From assembly GCA_963749495.1 (NCBI GenBank), contig CAVVMW010000001.1:640001-704000 (forward strand): 64,000 bases of DNA, read 5' to 3'. Source of the DNA: an uncultured bacterium. GTDB lineage: Bacteria > Verrucomicrobiota > Verrucomicrobiia > Limisphaerales > UBA8199. Position 1 is the stretch's first letter; each line of letters begins with the position of its first letter. The translations under genes and the position numbers were made by a program. Positions 39,511 through 50,000 of the stretch are shown here, in pieces. The notes beneath the pieces are model-generated. The model was not told the origin of the DNA. It saw only the letters and a program-made list of their open reading frames with translations, and searched no databases.

Positions 39511-39750
39511 ATGAAGCGTTGTCAGGAATACGCCATTGATTATTTCCAGGACGAGGACGGAATGTTCACCGCGGAAGTGCCGGCAATTCGCGGCTGTGTG
39601 GCCTGGGGAAAGACGTTGCGCGAAGCGCATCGCAATGCCGTGGACGCGATTGAAAGTTGCATCGAGGCACGCGCAAAGGTTGCGGCTGGAAAACCGCGCA
39701 AGCCACGTTACGCGGGCCTGAACATCTACCGCCGCCCGGTTCATGCCTAA
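39511..39750 (+). CDS. hicB: HicB-family antitoxin
   Basis: DEDGMFTAEVPAIRGCVAWGKTLREA. Confidence 0.88.
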   Translation: MKRCQEYAIDYFQDEDGMFTAEVPAIRGCVAWGKTLREAHRNAVDAIESCIEARAKVAAGKPRKPRYAGLNIYRRPVHA

Positions 39751-39841
39751 GCTCGTGCCAATCTCGCATCGCGAGTTGGCACGCAAGCTCCGGCGCGCGG
39801 GCTTTGTGGAAATTCGCACCAGCCGCCATCCGGTTTATTAA
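39743..39841 (+). pseudogene. hicA: Truncated HicA toxin (32 aa)
   Basis: MPKLVPISHRELARKLRRAGFVEIRTSRHPVY*. Confidence 0.75.
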
Positions 39842-39938
39842 ATCATTACCGCCGACTCAAGGCGCGCCGACATTCGTCTCGCCTGCGCCCTTCTGAGCGT
39901 CCGGTGCCGGAGTCATTTATTACCGCCTCCGTACCTGC

Positions 39939-41027
39939 TCAATTTGACCGCTTCTGCAAGATCCTCTCGGCGTTTGCCGCGTACACCTTGCGCAGGGTTT
40001 CGTCCCCAGCCCCAGGCCGTGCAGCGGCCAGTGGTAGGTGGACAGGTCCCAGTCATAGAAGTGCTCATCCTCGGTTTCCAGGATGCGGAAGGTGGTCAGG
40101 TACATCGGTTTGCCGCGGCCCATGTCGGTGCCATAGACAAGGCGGTCCTGGTACTTCTCGTAGAACTTCCGGGCGGCGCGGGGAATCGGGGCGGTTTCGG
40201 CATACCGCGCGCTGATGTCGGCGTAGAGGTTGGGGTATTGGTCGAAGAGGGCGCCGAGCCTGGCCAGGTCGAAACAGCAGTTGGCGAAGTGGCAGGCAAC
40301 GAAAAGTGTGCGGGGGTGTTTTTTGACCGCGCGTTCGAGCGTGCCGAGCAGTTCGGCATGGGAGAGGATGTTGGTCTGGTTGTCCAGGCGCCAGGCGTAG
40401 GCGTTCATCGAGCCCGTCGTTGTACTTGTCCATCGGCTGGTACATCCACATCGGGTCGGCCACGTGAATGCTGATCGGGATGCCGAGTTGGCCGCATTTG
40501 TCCAGGAGCGGGTCCATGCGGGGATCGTCCAGGTGCATGCCCCAGGCCTGGGGCACGTTGTAGAAGAGGCCCTTGCCTTTGTCGCCCTCTTCGCCCACAC
40601 CCTCGGCCCCCGCTCTAAAGCACCGCTCCAACTCCGCCACCGCCGCCGGCCCATAGCCAGGCTGATCGTAGCCGGTGTAATCAAACCCGCACCAGACCGA
40701 GAACCGGCCCGGATGTTTCTTGTAGCGGGCCACAACCGCGTCGAAGGCCTTGCCGTGCGCCATGGACAGGACCACGGATTTCTGAATGCCCAACTCGTCC
40801 ATCGTGCGCACCCACTGGGCGACCTGCTCGTCGGTCTTCGCGTAATCGTGCGCGTGCATGTCGATGACCGGGAACCGGGCCCGGGTGAGCCGGGTCTCCG
40901 GGATTTTGTAGATGGAGCGCGGCCGATAGTCCTTGAGCAGCAACCGCTCCGGCCCTGCCTCCTGGGCCGCCCCAATGCTGCCGGCGAAAGAGAGCAACAC
41001 GACTATCAACTGCGTCTTTTCAAACAT
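39939..41027 (-). CDS. Amidohydrolase family protein (frameshifts near 40410 and 40005, probably assembly errors)
   Basis: IDMHAH, IHVADP, ACHFAN, YADISAR, YGTD, LRKVYAANA. Confidence 0.85.
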
Positions 41028-41058
41028 AATTGCCTTTCTGGTTCGACAATGTTAAATC

Positions 41059-41311
41059 TCCTCGGAAACCGGCTGAAAGCGCCCGAGTCCTGTCCCGGAG
41101 GGACATCTGAGAATAGCCCAACGTTTCAACGTTGGGTTCACACGCACCGAATGAGCATGAGTCCCGTAGGGACGGCTGAAATCAACCGTCTTTTCAGCCG
41201 TCCCTACGGGACTTATTCCCCCGTGGCGGCTAAACCCAACGTTGAAACGTTGGGCTATTGTCAAGTGTCCCTCCGGGACAAGACTGATCAGGCTGGCTGC
41301 TTTTCCGAGGA
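41059..41311. repeat. Large nested palindrome (GTCCC..AGGGAC / CCCAACGTT REP-like family)
   Basis: tgtcccggagggaca..cccaacgtttcaacgttggg..agtcccgtagggacggctgaaa mirrored exactly by the second half. Confidence 0.88.
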
Positions 41312-41328
41312 AATCTAACTTTGTCCAA

Positions 41329-42642
41329 CTACACACACTGCGTCACCCCCGGAACGGCAACCTCGGACTTTGGCGGTTTGGCCTCCCAGGCATAGCCCTC
41401 GGGCGAAAGGTCCTCCTTCGAGTTGAGGGCCTGCTCCCAAGTGATCTTCTGTCCCGTGTAAGTGGCCATCCGGCCCAAAATCGCCATGAGCGTGCTCTTG
41501 GCCATGTATTCTCCGTTGTTGACGGCCTTGCCGGACCGCACACTGGCGAAGAGCTCCTCGTGCTCGGTCACGAAGTTATTGTTCTTTTCTCCCCGATAGC
41601 TCCACGGGGTCTCGCCGGTAATGGCCAGGCCGCGCGAGTTGATGACTGCCGTTCCTCGGGTCCCCGTCACCTCGGCGGAGACGTCGTTTACGCCCCCCGC
41701 CTGCTGGCGGCAATAAGCATGGAGCTTCATGCCATTGGCATATTCATAAATGACCGAGTGATGGTCGTAGATGTTGCCGTAGTCCGGGCCGGTGCGGACC
41801 TGGCGTCCGCCCAGGCCCATGGCGCTGACCGGATATTGGCCCTGCATGATCCAGGCGCAGGTGTCCAGCATGTGTACGTGCTGCTCGACGTTGAAATCTC
41901 CGCAAAGCCAGGTGAAGTAGTACCAATTGCGCATCTGGTACTCCATGTCCGTCCATTCCGCCCGGCGCGGCTTGACCCAGAGCGGCCCGCGAAAATCGTT
42001 CGCCTGCAGCGCACGGATCTCGCCGACGGCCCCCTCGTGAATCCTGCGCACCGTCTCCCGGTGGCCAAACGAATACCGCATCACCAGCCCCGAGATTATC
42101 GTAAGGTTCTTTCTCCGCGCCTCCTCGCACGTGCTCAACACCGACCGCACGCCCGGACCGTCCACCGCCACCGGCTTCTCGGCGAACACGTGTTTGCCGG
42201 CCTCGACGGCGGCCTTGAGGTGGATGGGCCGAAAATGCGGCGGCGTGGCCAGCAGCACCACGTCCACGCCGCTCCCAATGACCTGCTGGTAGGCATCGAA
42301 CCCGACGAAACACCTCTCCTCGGGCGCCTCGATTCTGGACGAAATCTCCTTCTGTTTCCTGAGTTCGTCGAGGCTGGTTTGCAGCCGGTCCTTGAAGGCA
42401 TCGCCCATGGCCACCAGCTTGGTATTTGGATCTGCGGTCAGTGCGTTGGCCGCGGCGCCGGTCCCACGCCCGCCGCAGCCAATTAAGCCCAGGCGCAGGA
42501 TCGCGCCGGGGGCAACCGCCCCCTCCGCCGCCAGGACACGGCTGGCTAGAAACGGCCCGGCCAGGGCCGCCGTGGTCGAGGATTTGAGGAATTGGCGCCG
42601 GGACAGTTCCGGGGCGCCGCTGGTTTGGAGGTTTTCTTTCAT
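41329..42642 (-). CDS. Gfo/Idh/MocA family oxidoreductase, Tat-exported
   Basis: SRRQFL, LIGCGGRGTGAA, ATPPHFRP, FAEKPVAVD. Confidence 0.92.
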   Translation of the reverse strand: MKENLQTSGAPELSRRQFLKSSTTAALAGPFLASRVLAAEGAVAPGAILRLGLIGCGGRGTGAAANALTADPNTKLVAMGDAFKDRLQTSLDELRKQKEISSRIEAPEERCFVGFDAYQQVIGSGVDVVLLATPPHFRPIHLKAAVEAGKHVFAEKPVAVDGPGVRSVLSTCEEARRKNLTIISGLVMRYSFGHRETVRRIHEGAVGEIRALQANDFRGPLWVKPRRAEWTDMEYQMRNWYYFTWLCGDFNVEQHVHMLDTCAWIMQGQYPVSAMGLGGRQVRTGPDYGNIYDHHSVIYEYANGMKLHAYCRQQAGGVNDVSAEVTGTRGTAVINSRGLAITGETPWSYRGEKNNNFVTEHEELFASVRSGKAVNNGEYMAKSTLMAILGRMATYTGQKITWEQALNSKEDLSPEGYAWEAKPPKSEVAVPGVTQCV

Positions 42643-42796
42643 GTTGTCTCGTCGGACTGGAGCTTGCAGCCGTTGTGGCTCGCAAAAGGCCCCGGCCGAC
42701 TTCTCAGGAGTCTGACATACGTGTCAACCGCCTCAAAGCCGGAAATACCCGACCGTCCGATCTAGAGCGCCTGGCCTGAGTCACGTCAGCCCCCCG

Positions 42797-42825
42797 TTGA
42801 CGCGCTCCCGTTATCGTCGTAATAT
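42797..42825 (+). promoter_or_regulatory. Sigma-70 promoter, probably giving a leaderless transcript
   Basis: TTGACG-17-TAATAT, 7 nt before ATG 42833, no Shine-Dalgarno. Confidence 0.65.
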
Positions 42826-42832
42826 CGCCGAT

Positions 42833-43111
42833 ATGAAGACGTTGTCTCCAACCGAAGCCCGGGCTAACCTGACCTCGTGGCTCAAGCGCGCGGCTGCCGG
42901 CGAGGAGATCGGGATCTTGTGCGGCAACAAGGTCATTGCGTTGCAGCCGGTCGAAGTCCAGTCCGTCAATTACGCGCTCCGGGAGTACGCGCTTGCGCGC
43001 GTGGAACTCGGCCAATGGACCGAGAACATGGACCATGAAATCGAGCAGGAACGCGCCAAGGGAGATCTCCGCCGCTACTCCGGCAACCTCGAAGCCGATC
43101 TTCGAGATTGA
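42833..43111 (+). CDS. Phd/YefM-like antitoxin
   Basis: MKTLSPTEARANLTSWLKRAAAGEEIGI. Confidence 0.8.
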   Translation: MKTLSPTEARANLTSWLKRAAAGEEIGILCGNKVIALQPVEVQSVNYALREYALARVELGQWTENMDHEIEQERAKGDLRRYSGNLEADLRD

Positions 43112-43379
43112 TCTCACCAGACGGTTTCGCAGCCGGGTTCGCGCCATGCCAAAGGCGGATCGGCGAGCGGTGGCCCGCACGATCAACGCCTTGCGGGCGG
43201 CGTTGGGCCAGCCCCATCAGCACTCCGGGCTAGGCGTTCGCAAGCTCCACCGCAACTATTTCGAGTGCCGCACCGGTCTTGATCTTCGCCTGGTCTTCCG
43301 CCTCGAGCCCGGGCTGATCACGTTCACGTTCGCCGGCGATCACGACGAAGTGAGGCGATACGCTCTGCGCCAGGTCTAG
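43089..43379 (+). CDS. RelE/ParE-like toxin, canonical start codon apparently absent
   Basis: FEIDLTRRF..GVRKL..YFECRTGLDLRLVF..GDHDEV. Confidence 0.7.
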   Translation, partial: SKPIFEIDLTRRFRSRVRAMPKADRRAVARTINALRAALGQPHQHSGLGVRKLHRNYFECRTGLDLRLVFRLEPGLITFTFAGDHDEVRRYALRQV

Positions 43380-43385
43380 GAATGA

Positions 43386-43548
43386 AGTCCGGCGCATCCC
43401 GCCGCTCTTTGATCGAACGCCCCGAGGCGTTCGAATGCCAGAGCGCGGGAATGCCAGCGGCCCCCCACGGCCCTTGCAGCGAAGACGGCCCCAGAACACG
43501 TCGCCACCAGGCACCGCGAGTTTTCAGGTGCGGAGGGCGCCGGGATTT
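43386..43548. other. Highly structured intergenic region (candidate ncRNA or MITE)
   Basis: 61-nt hairpin 43394-43454, small hairpin 43511-43531, closing stem ccggcgc/gcgccgg. Confidence 0.4.
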
Positions 43549-43563
43549 GTTAAGGTGGTTGTG

Positions 43564-44952
43564 ATGGAAGCAGAGAGACACGAGCCGGATTCGGTGAAGT
43601 CCCAAGCGGAGTCCATCAACGGACCTCCGGGCGCGTATTATTTCCTGTCATTGGAAGTTGAGAACGTGCGGTGTTTCAAGGATGCCCAGAAGCTGATCCT
43701 GGCTGACTCGCGAGGGCATCCCAAGCGCTGGACAGTGTTGTTGGGGGATAATGGGCTCGGCAAGACGACTTTGCTGCAGGTGCTGGCTTCATTCCAATCC
43801 AAGCGCGTGGCTTTACAGGCCGGGAGCGCGCCACAGCGGACGCGAGCGGTTTTCTTTCCACGCGGCTACGCCGAGAGCTTCGGTTTCCGGGACCAGTTCC
43901 TGCGTGGGGAGGCGAGGGGTGTGCGGTGCAAGGCGGAACTCTGCCTCGGGGTGAAATTAACCGAGCCTGACGGGGCTAGGCGCAAACTCAGCTTGAGCGT
44001 GGAGATTGAGCTTGGCAGTGCCTATACCTGCTCGCGCATCTTCCCATCCGAGGCAGGTCCTTTTGTCTGCTACGGTTACGGCGCCGGCAGGCGAATGTCG
44101 CCTCGTGCCCTGGCGGAGAGCCGGAGCGAAGACACGTGCAAAACGCTCTTCGATGAAAACGAACCGCTGCTCAACGCTGAGGAGTGGTTGCTCCAGGCTG
44201 ATTACGCGGCGGTGAAATCGGATTCCGACGCGGCAAAAAGGCGGCGGGATCAAATCGAAAGGATTCTGACGCAGGTGCTGCCCGATGTCGAGGAGTTGAG
44301 GATTCGAGCAGGCGGCGACTCCCTGAAATCGCCCGGCGTTGAGGCCAAAACTCCGTTCGGATGGGTCCCGCTGCGGAACCTCAGCTCGGGCTATCGTTCC
44401 CTCATCGCCTGGATTGTCGATCTTGCGAGCCGCCTCTTCGAGGCGTACCCAGACAGCCCCAACCCGCTGGCCGAGCCCGCAGTGGTGCTCGTGGACCAGA
44501 TTGATCTGTTTTTGCACCCGAAATGGCAGTTGAAGTTGATCAATCACCTGGTCAGCCTTTTCCCGAACGCCCAATTCATAGCCTCTGCCCATAGCCCCCT
44601 CATTGTCCAGGCCGCCGAGGACACGAACATCGTCGTGCTGCGCCGCGAGGGGGATCACGTCCTCATCAATAACGACCCGGAACGGGTCAGGGGTTGGCGC
44701 ATCGACCAGGTTCTGACTAGCGACATCTTCGGCCTCAGCAGCACTCGCGACCCTCGGACGGAGGGGTTGCTGGAGGAGAGGCGGTCGCTGCTTTCCAAGC
44801 CGGCATTGACGCCCGGCGAACGCGAACGGTTGAGACAGTTGGATGAGCAGGTCGCCAGCATACCTTTCGTGGAATCGCCCCAGGATGTGGAAGCGATGGA
44901 ATTGATCAGGAAGGCTGCGGAGAAGTTGCGCCGCCCTGCGGAAGTCAAATGA
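43564..44952 (+). CDS. ABC-type (AAA_21-like) ATPase, PtuA/Septu-like
   Basis: GDNGLGKT, LSSGY, VLVDQIDLFLHPKWQ, SAHSPL. Confidence 0.85.
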   Translation: MEAERHEPDSVKSQAESINGPPGAYYFLSLEVENVRCFKDAQKLILADSRGHPKRWTVLLGDNGLGKTTLLQVLASFQSKRVALQAGSAPQRTRAVFFPRGYAESFGFRDQFLRGEARGVRCKAELCLGVKLTEPDGARRKLSLSVEIELGSAYTCSRIFPSEAGPFVCYGYGAGRRMSPRALAESRSEDTCKTLFDENEPLLNAEEWLLQADYAAVKSDSDAAKRRRDQIERILTQVLPDVEELRIRAGGDSLKSPGVEAKTPFGWVPLRNLSSGYRSLIAWIVDLASRLFEAYPDSPNPLAEPAVVLVDQIDLFLHPKWQLKLINHLVSLFPNAQFIASAHSPLIVQAAEDTNIVVLRREGDHVLINNDPERVRGWRIDQVLTSDIFGLSSTRDPRTEGLLEERRSLLSKPALTPGERERLRQLDEQVASIPFVESPQDVEAMELIRKAAEKLRRPAEVK

Positions 44953-45731
44953 TCCAACTGCGCCGGCAGGCCCAAGCCCCGAATATTCTGGCGGATGCAG
45001 GCGCGGTCCGAACCCGGCAGCTTTGCGATCAATTCGATGCGGACCGCGCCGCATATCAGGGCGCCAGGGCCGGGTTCCAGTTCGACTCGACCATCTACGG
45101 TCATCCCTCCGTCAAGGAGGCACTCAAGCGAATGCAGCACAACAAATGCTGCTTCTGCGAAGCGTACGTCCCTCACATTTCCAGCGGGGACGTGGAACAT
45201 TACAGGCCAAAGGCCGGGTTCCGGCAACAGGAAGACGGTGAGCTTGAGCGGCCGGGTTATTATTGGTTGGCCTACGATTGGGAGAACCTGCTCTTTTGCT
45301 GCGAACTCTGTAACCGGAGGCATAAGCGCAATTTGTTTCCCCTGGCCGATCCCGGACGGCGGGCGCGCAACCACGCGGGCCCCATCGCGCAGGAGTCGCC
45401 GCTTTTCGTGAACCCAGCGGCGGAAGACCCCGCCCAGTCAATTTCATTCCACGACGAGGTGCCATTCCCTGTGGACGGCAGCCCACGGGGTGCCGCCACG
45501 ATCCGGGCCCTCGGTCTGGACCGGCGGGAGCTGAGCGAGGACCGTTTGGAGCATCTCCAACGCATAAGACTGGTCATCAAGCTGGCGCTGCTATCGCCGG
45601 ATACCGCCGATGGGAGGCAGGCGCGAAGTTTGGTGGAACGGGCTTGTAGCGATGGAGGCGAGTATGCGGCAATGGTGCGCGCGGAGTTGGCGCGAAACCC
45701 TCCCGCCTTCTTGGCGCAAGCTCGAACGTGA
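44949..45731 (+). CDS. HNH endonuclease, PtuB-like
   Basis: KCCFCE, DVEHYRPK, WENLLFCCELCN; ATGA overlap with the ATPase. Confidence 0.85.
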   Translation: MIQLRRQAQAPNILADAGAVRTRQLCDQFDADRAAYQGARAGFQFDSTIYGHPSVKEALKRMQHNKCCFCEAYVPHISSGDVEHYRPKAGFRQQEDGELERPGYYWLAYDWENLLFCCELCNRRHKRNLFPLADPGRRARNHAGPIAQESPLFVNPAAEDPAQSISFHDEVPFPVDGSPRGAATIRALGLDRRELSEDRLEHLQRIRLVIKLALLSPDTADGRQARSLVERACSDGGEYAAMVRAELARNPPAFLAQART

Positions 45732-45821
45732 GTCCGCTGCGCGACTTCGGGCGCGTGTCTTTTCCATGGGCCGGCTTGCCTGGGGGGCGGGGTTGGGTAT
45801 GATGCTGCAGATGGGTGGGAT

Positions 45822-46010
45822 TGCACGGTTGAGCTCTCGGCAAGGCGGGCCTTCGATGCCAACCGGTTTCTCACGGAGTTGGCCGGCCAGGGACAGGAGC
45901 GGCTCAGAGCGCAGCGGGCGGAGGTGGCCCATCTGAAGATGACGCTCAGCCCCGATGGCGGCCTGAATGAGATCGGGGCGATTAGCCTGGTGCGCAACGA
46001 CTTCGTGCCC
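45822..46010 (+). pseudogene. Internal fragment of a CobW/P47K-like GTPase C-terminal domain
   Basis: CTVELSARRAFDANRFL..AEVAHLKMTLSPDGG..LVRNDFVP, recognised from memory of the family. Confidence 0.45.
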
Positions 46011-46058
46011 GTTCCAAAAGCATTGCAACCCGCTCAAAAAAGATGCACCCTGCACAGC

Positions 46059-46331
46059 ATGGCGCAGGCAATCATGGATCCGGAGCAGGTGCGGCGTTTT
46101 GCCGAGGAGTTGAAGCGGTTCAACGCGGACCTGCAGGACAAGATCGTGTCGCTGCAGACGCGGTTTGCGGCCCTCGGGGACACGTGGCAAGACCAGGAGC
46201 ACCTCAAGTTTGCGGAGGAGTTCAAGCAGATCATGAAGGCGCTCAAGAAGTTCGTAGAGGTCTCCAACCAGCAGACGCCTTACCTGTTGCGCAAGGCGCA
46301 GCGGATCGAGGAGTACCTGAACCAGCGCTAG
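46059..46331 (+). CDS. WXG100/ESAT-6-like protein (central W-Q-D)
   Basis: 90 aa, helix-turn-helix hairpin, MDPEQVRRFA..TWQDQ..KFAEEF. Confidence 0.85.
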   Translation: MAQAIMDPEQVRRFAEELKRFNADLQDKIVSLQTRFAALGDTWQDQEHLKFAEEFKQIMKALKKFVEVSNQQTPYLLRKAQRIEEYLNQR

Positions 46332-46335
46332 GGCC

Positions 46336-46869
46336 ATGAGCCAGCGAGCCAATGTCAGCGCCGTGGACGCCCTGGAGGCCTTTCGGGCCGAGCTGGTCCT
46401 CTACATCAACAAGGCGCGGCCCACACTGGAGGAGGTCAGCGCCGAGGTGCTGCGGACGCGCTCCTGGCTGGAAAACGAGCAACGGACGCGCTGGGAAAAT
46501 CAGTTGCGGCTCCGCGCCCGCGAACTCCAGGAGGCCCAGGAGGCGCTCTTCAGCGCCCGGATGTCGAACCTGCGCAAGGAGACCGCCGCCGAGGTCAATG
46601 CCTTCCACCGGGCCAAACGCGCCCGCGACGAGGCCGAGAGCAAATTGCGAACGGTCAAGCAATGGACGCGCGAGTTCGACAACCGCGTGCAGCCCCTGGT
46701 CAAACAGACCGAGAAACTGCACACGATCCTGGCCAACGACCTGGTCAAGGCCATGGCCTATCTGGTCCAGGCAGTCGGCACGCTGGAGGATTATGCGCAC
46801 ACACCCCCGCCCGCCGCCGCCCCGGCGCCCCTAAGCGGCCCTGCCGGCGCGCCGGGGGCCGCCTCCTGA
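46336..46869 (+). CDS. Helical/coiled-coil hypothetical protein of the WXG100 operon
   Basis: 177 aa, all-helical, C-terminal LEDY plus Pro/Ala tail. Confidence 0.75.
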   Translation: MSQRANVSAVDALEAFRAELVLYINKARPTLEEVSAEVLRTRSWLENEQRTRWENQLRLRARELQEAQEALFSARMSNLRKETAAEVNAFHRAKRARDEAESKLRTVKQWTREFDNRVQPLVKQTEKLHTILANDLVKAMAYLVQAVGTLEDYAHTPPPAAAPAPLSGPAGAPGAAS

Positions 46870-46884
46870 AGCAGCCCACCACGG

Positions 46885-47091
46885 ATGAACGCCAACTCCA
46901 CCCGACTCACCGGCGTCACCAAGGATCTGTGGGCTCACTGGCAGCAAACCAAGGCCGACTGGAGAGATTCCAAGTCCAAGGAATTCGAGGACAAATACCT
47001 GGCCGAGCTGTTTGCCAGCGTTGACAAAACGGTAGGCGTCATCGAACAGTTGGATAAGCTTCTTCAGAAGATCAGGAAGGACTGTGAATAA
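46885..47091 (+). CDS. Small WXG100-like protein (W-R-D)
   Basis: 68 aa, WQQTKADWRDSKSKEFEDKYL. Confidence 0.65.
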   Translation: MNANSTRLTGVTKDLWAHWQQTKADWRDSKSKEFEDKYLAELFASVDKTVGVIEQLDKLLQKIRKDCE

Positions 47092-50000
47092 CAACCCCGG
47101 ACCGGGCAAGGCGCTCGAAGCTCCTGGACAACCTCAAAGGCGTGGTCCGGGACCTGACCGCCAGGGCGAACAAGCTCCACGATGACTTGCGCACGCGGCT
47201 CACCCGTGAGAAGGCGCGGCGCGCGGCGGCCCTCGAGGACCTCGCCCGCCACACCGCCGAGGCCCGCGTGCAGGCCGAGACCGAGTCCGCCGCCGCCCGG
47301 AACTCCACCCGGCTCAACTACGAGCACCGCAAGGTGCGCATCGGCAAGGCCTGCCAGTCCAGCAAGGAAAAGGGACTCGCGAAGATCGAGGACCAGACCG
47401 GCGCCCGAAAATACGAATTCCAGAAGACCATGCTCCAGGCCGAGCACGACCGGGAATCGGGCCTGGCGGCCAACGCCAAACGGTTCGAGGAATTCAAGGC
47501 GGCCTTGGCCGCGGAGGCGCAGACGCTCTCCGGCCTCGAGCAGGGCGCGCAACGGGGCTTCAGGGGCTACTGGGGTTTCCGGCGCCTCTTTGCGGGCGCC
47601 TACCAAAAGGTCCAGGCCGACCTCGCGCCGCACGAGGACGCGCTCCTCGAGCAACTCCGCCAGTCGTCGGCCAAAGCCGCCGGCCACCTCAAGCGCTTCC
47701 GCTGGCGTCTGCTGCTCCACCTGTTCCGGTATTGGCCACTCTGGCTGTTGGCGGCGCTCTGCCCGGCGCCGCTCGTGCTGCTGCTCCGGCACCTGGGCCT
47801 AAGCTCCATCCCTTACCCCAATGCCGCCGAGGCCGGCGCCGCCGCTTTTGTGGTCCTCTTTGCCCTCCGCCACCTGGCCGCACGCCGGGCGCGCCCTCTG
47901 GCCGCTTCCCTGGCCGGCGCCCTGGCCACCGCCCGCTTGCTCCACAACGCCGCCCGGCAAAAGGCCGAGGCCCATTTCCAGCAGGAACTCCAGCGCCTCC
48001 AGGACCAATACCAGAATACCCTCCAGGGCGTCGACCAGCAGTTGAAGCAGGTCCTGGCCAAGGCCGGCGAGAGCCGCGTCTCCTGCCGGCTGCGGCTGGA
48101 CGAAAAGACGGTGCGTGCCTCCGCCGCGCTCGAGCGTCTCCACGCCTTGCACGTGGAACGGTTGGCGCAGCGGCAAGCCCAGGCCACCGAACGGCTCGAC
48201 CGCGAGGCGGAGGCCCAACGCCGCGCCCTCCTGGCCGCCAGCGACCAGCGGGACAAACAACACCAGGCCGACTACGAGAGCGCATGGACAGGGCTGGCCG
48301 CCGAGTGGCAGGGCCGCCTGCAGCCACTCTATGCCGCCTTCGACGGCATCAACGCCTTTTCCAGCAGGGTCTTTCCACCGTGGACGGACCCGGTCTGGAA
48401 GCACTGGGCTGCCCCGGACAAATTCTCCGGCGCTGCCAGGTTCGGGCGCCTGGCGGTCGATGTCGCCCGGCTCTGCGAGGGCCTGCCCAAGGACCCCCGC
48501 CTGGCCTTGCCCGGGCCCGACCGCTTTGACCTGGCGCTCTGCCTGGCCTACCCGGAGCAGGGCTCCATCCTCTTCGAGACCGCCGAGACCGGCCACGACA
48601 ATGCCATCGGCGCCCTCAACGGCATCATCTTGCGATTGCTGGCCACCGCCCCGCCCGGCCGGCTCAACTTTTCCATCATCGACCCGGTGGGCCTGGGACA
48701 AAACTTCGCCGGCGTGATGCACCTGGCCGACTATGAAGAAGCAGATCATCAACAGCCGCATCTGGACCCAAAGCGGCCAGATCGAGCAGCGCCTGGCCGA
48801 CCTCAACGAGCACATGGAGAAGGTCATCCAGATGTACCTGCGCAATGAATACGCCACCATCGCCCAATACAACGAGGAGGCGGGCGTCATTGCCGAGAAG
48901 TATTATTTCCTGGTCGTGGCCGATTTCCCGGCCAACTTCACCGATACCGCCGTCAAACGTCTGCTGAGCATCGCCTCGAGCGGGCCCGGTGCGGGGTCTC
49001 CACCCTCATCCACTGGGACCGCCGCCAGCCCCTGCCCCAGGACTTTGTCCCGGACGACCTCAGAAAGAGCAGTTTCTGCGTCGGGTGCAAGGCCGGGGAC
49101 TTCGTCGTGGCAGCCAACCCGCCGGCGGGCCTTGCCCTGTCCATCGACGCCCCGCCGCCGCCCGAGCTGGCCATCGATCTCGTCCACCAGATTGGCGCCA
49201 AGAGCCGGGACTCCAGCCGCGTCGAGGTGCCCTTTTCCCACGTGGCCCCGCCCGAGGACCAGATCTGGAGCCTGGACACCACGGCCGAGTTGCGCGTGCC
49301 CATCGGGCGCACCGGCGCGACCAAGCTCCAGTACCTGGCCATCGGCAAGGGCACTCGCCAGCACGGCCTCATTGCCGGCAAAACCGGCTCCGGCAAGTCC
49401 ACCCTCTTCCACGTCATCATCACCAACCTCGCCCTCTGGTACAGCCCCTCGCAGGTCGAGTTCTACCTCGTGGACTTCAAGAAAGGCGTCGAATTCAAGT
49501 GCTACGCCGCCCGTCGCCTGCCCCATGCCCGCGTCGTCGCCATCGAGAGCGACCGCGAATTCGGCCTGAGCGTGCTCCAGCGCGTGGATGAGGAGCTCAA
49601 ACGCCGCGGCGACTTGTTCCGCGCCCTGGGCGTCCAGGACATCGCCGGCTACAAGCGCGCCGGCGGCGCCGAACCGGTCCCGCGCTGCCTGCTCCTTATC
49701 GATGAATTCCAGGAGTTCTTCGTCGAGGATGACAAGATCGCCCAGACCGCCTCGCTGCTGCTGGACCGCATCGTGCGCCAGGGCCGCGCCTTTGGCATCC
49801 ACGTCCTGCTCGGCTCCCAGACCCTGGGCGGGGCCTACACGGTCGCGCGGACCACGCTGGGCCAGATGGTCATCCGCATTGCCCTCCAGTGCAACGAGGC
49901 CGATGCCTACCTCATCATGGACGACAATAACCCCGCTCCCCGCCTGCTCTCGCGCCCGGGCGAGGGCATCTACAACGATTCGGCCGGTCTGCTCCAGGGC

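Noticed and set aside
43380..45731. Complete retron system
   Set aside because: No reverse transcriptase ORF is recognisable in the window; only the effector-like pair and a candidate structured region.
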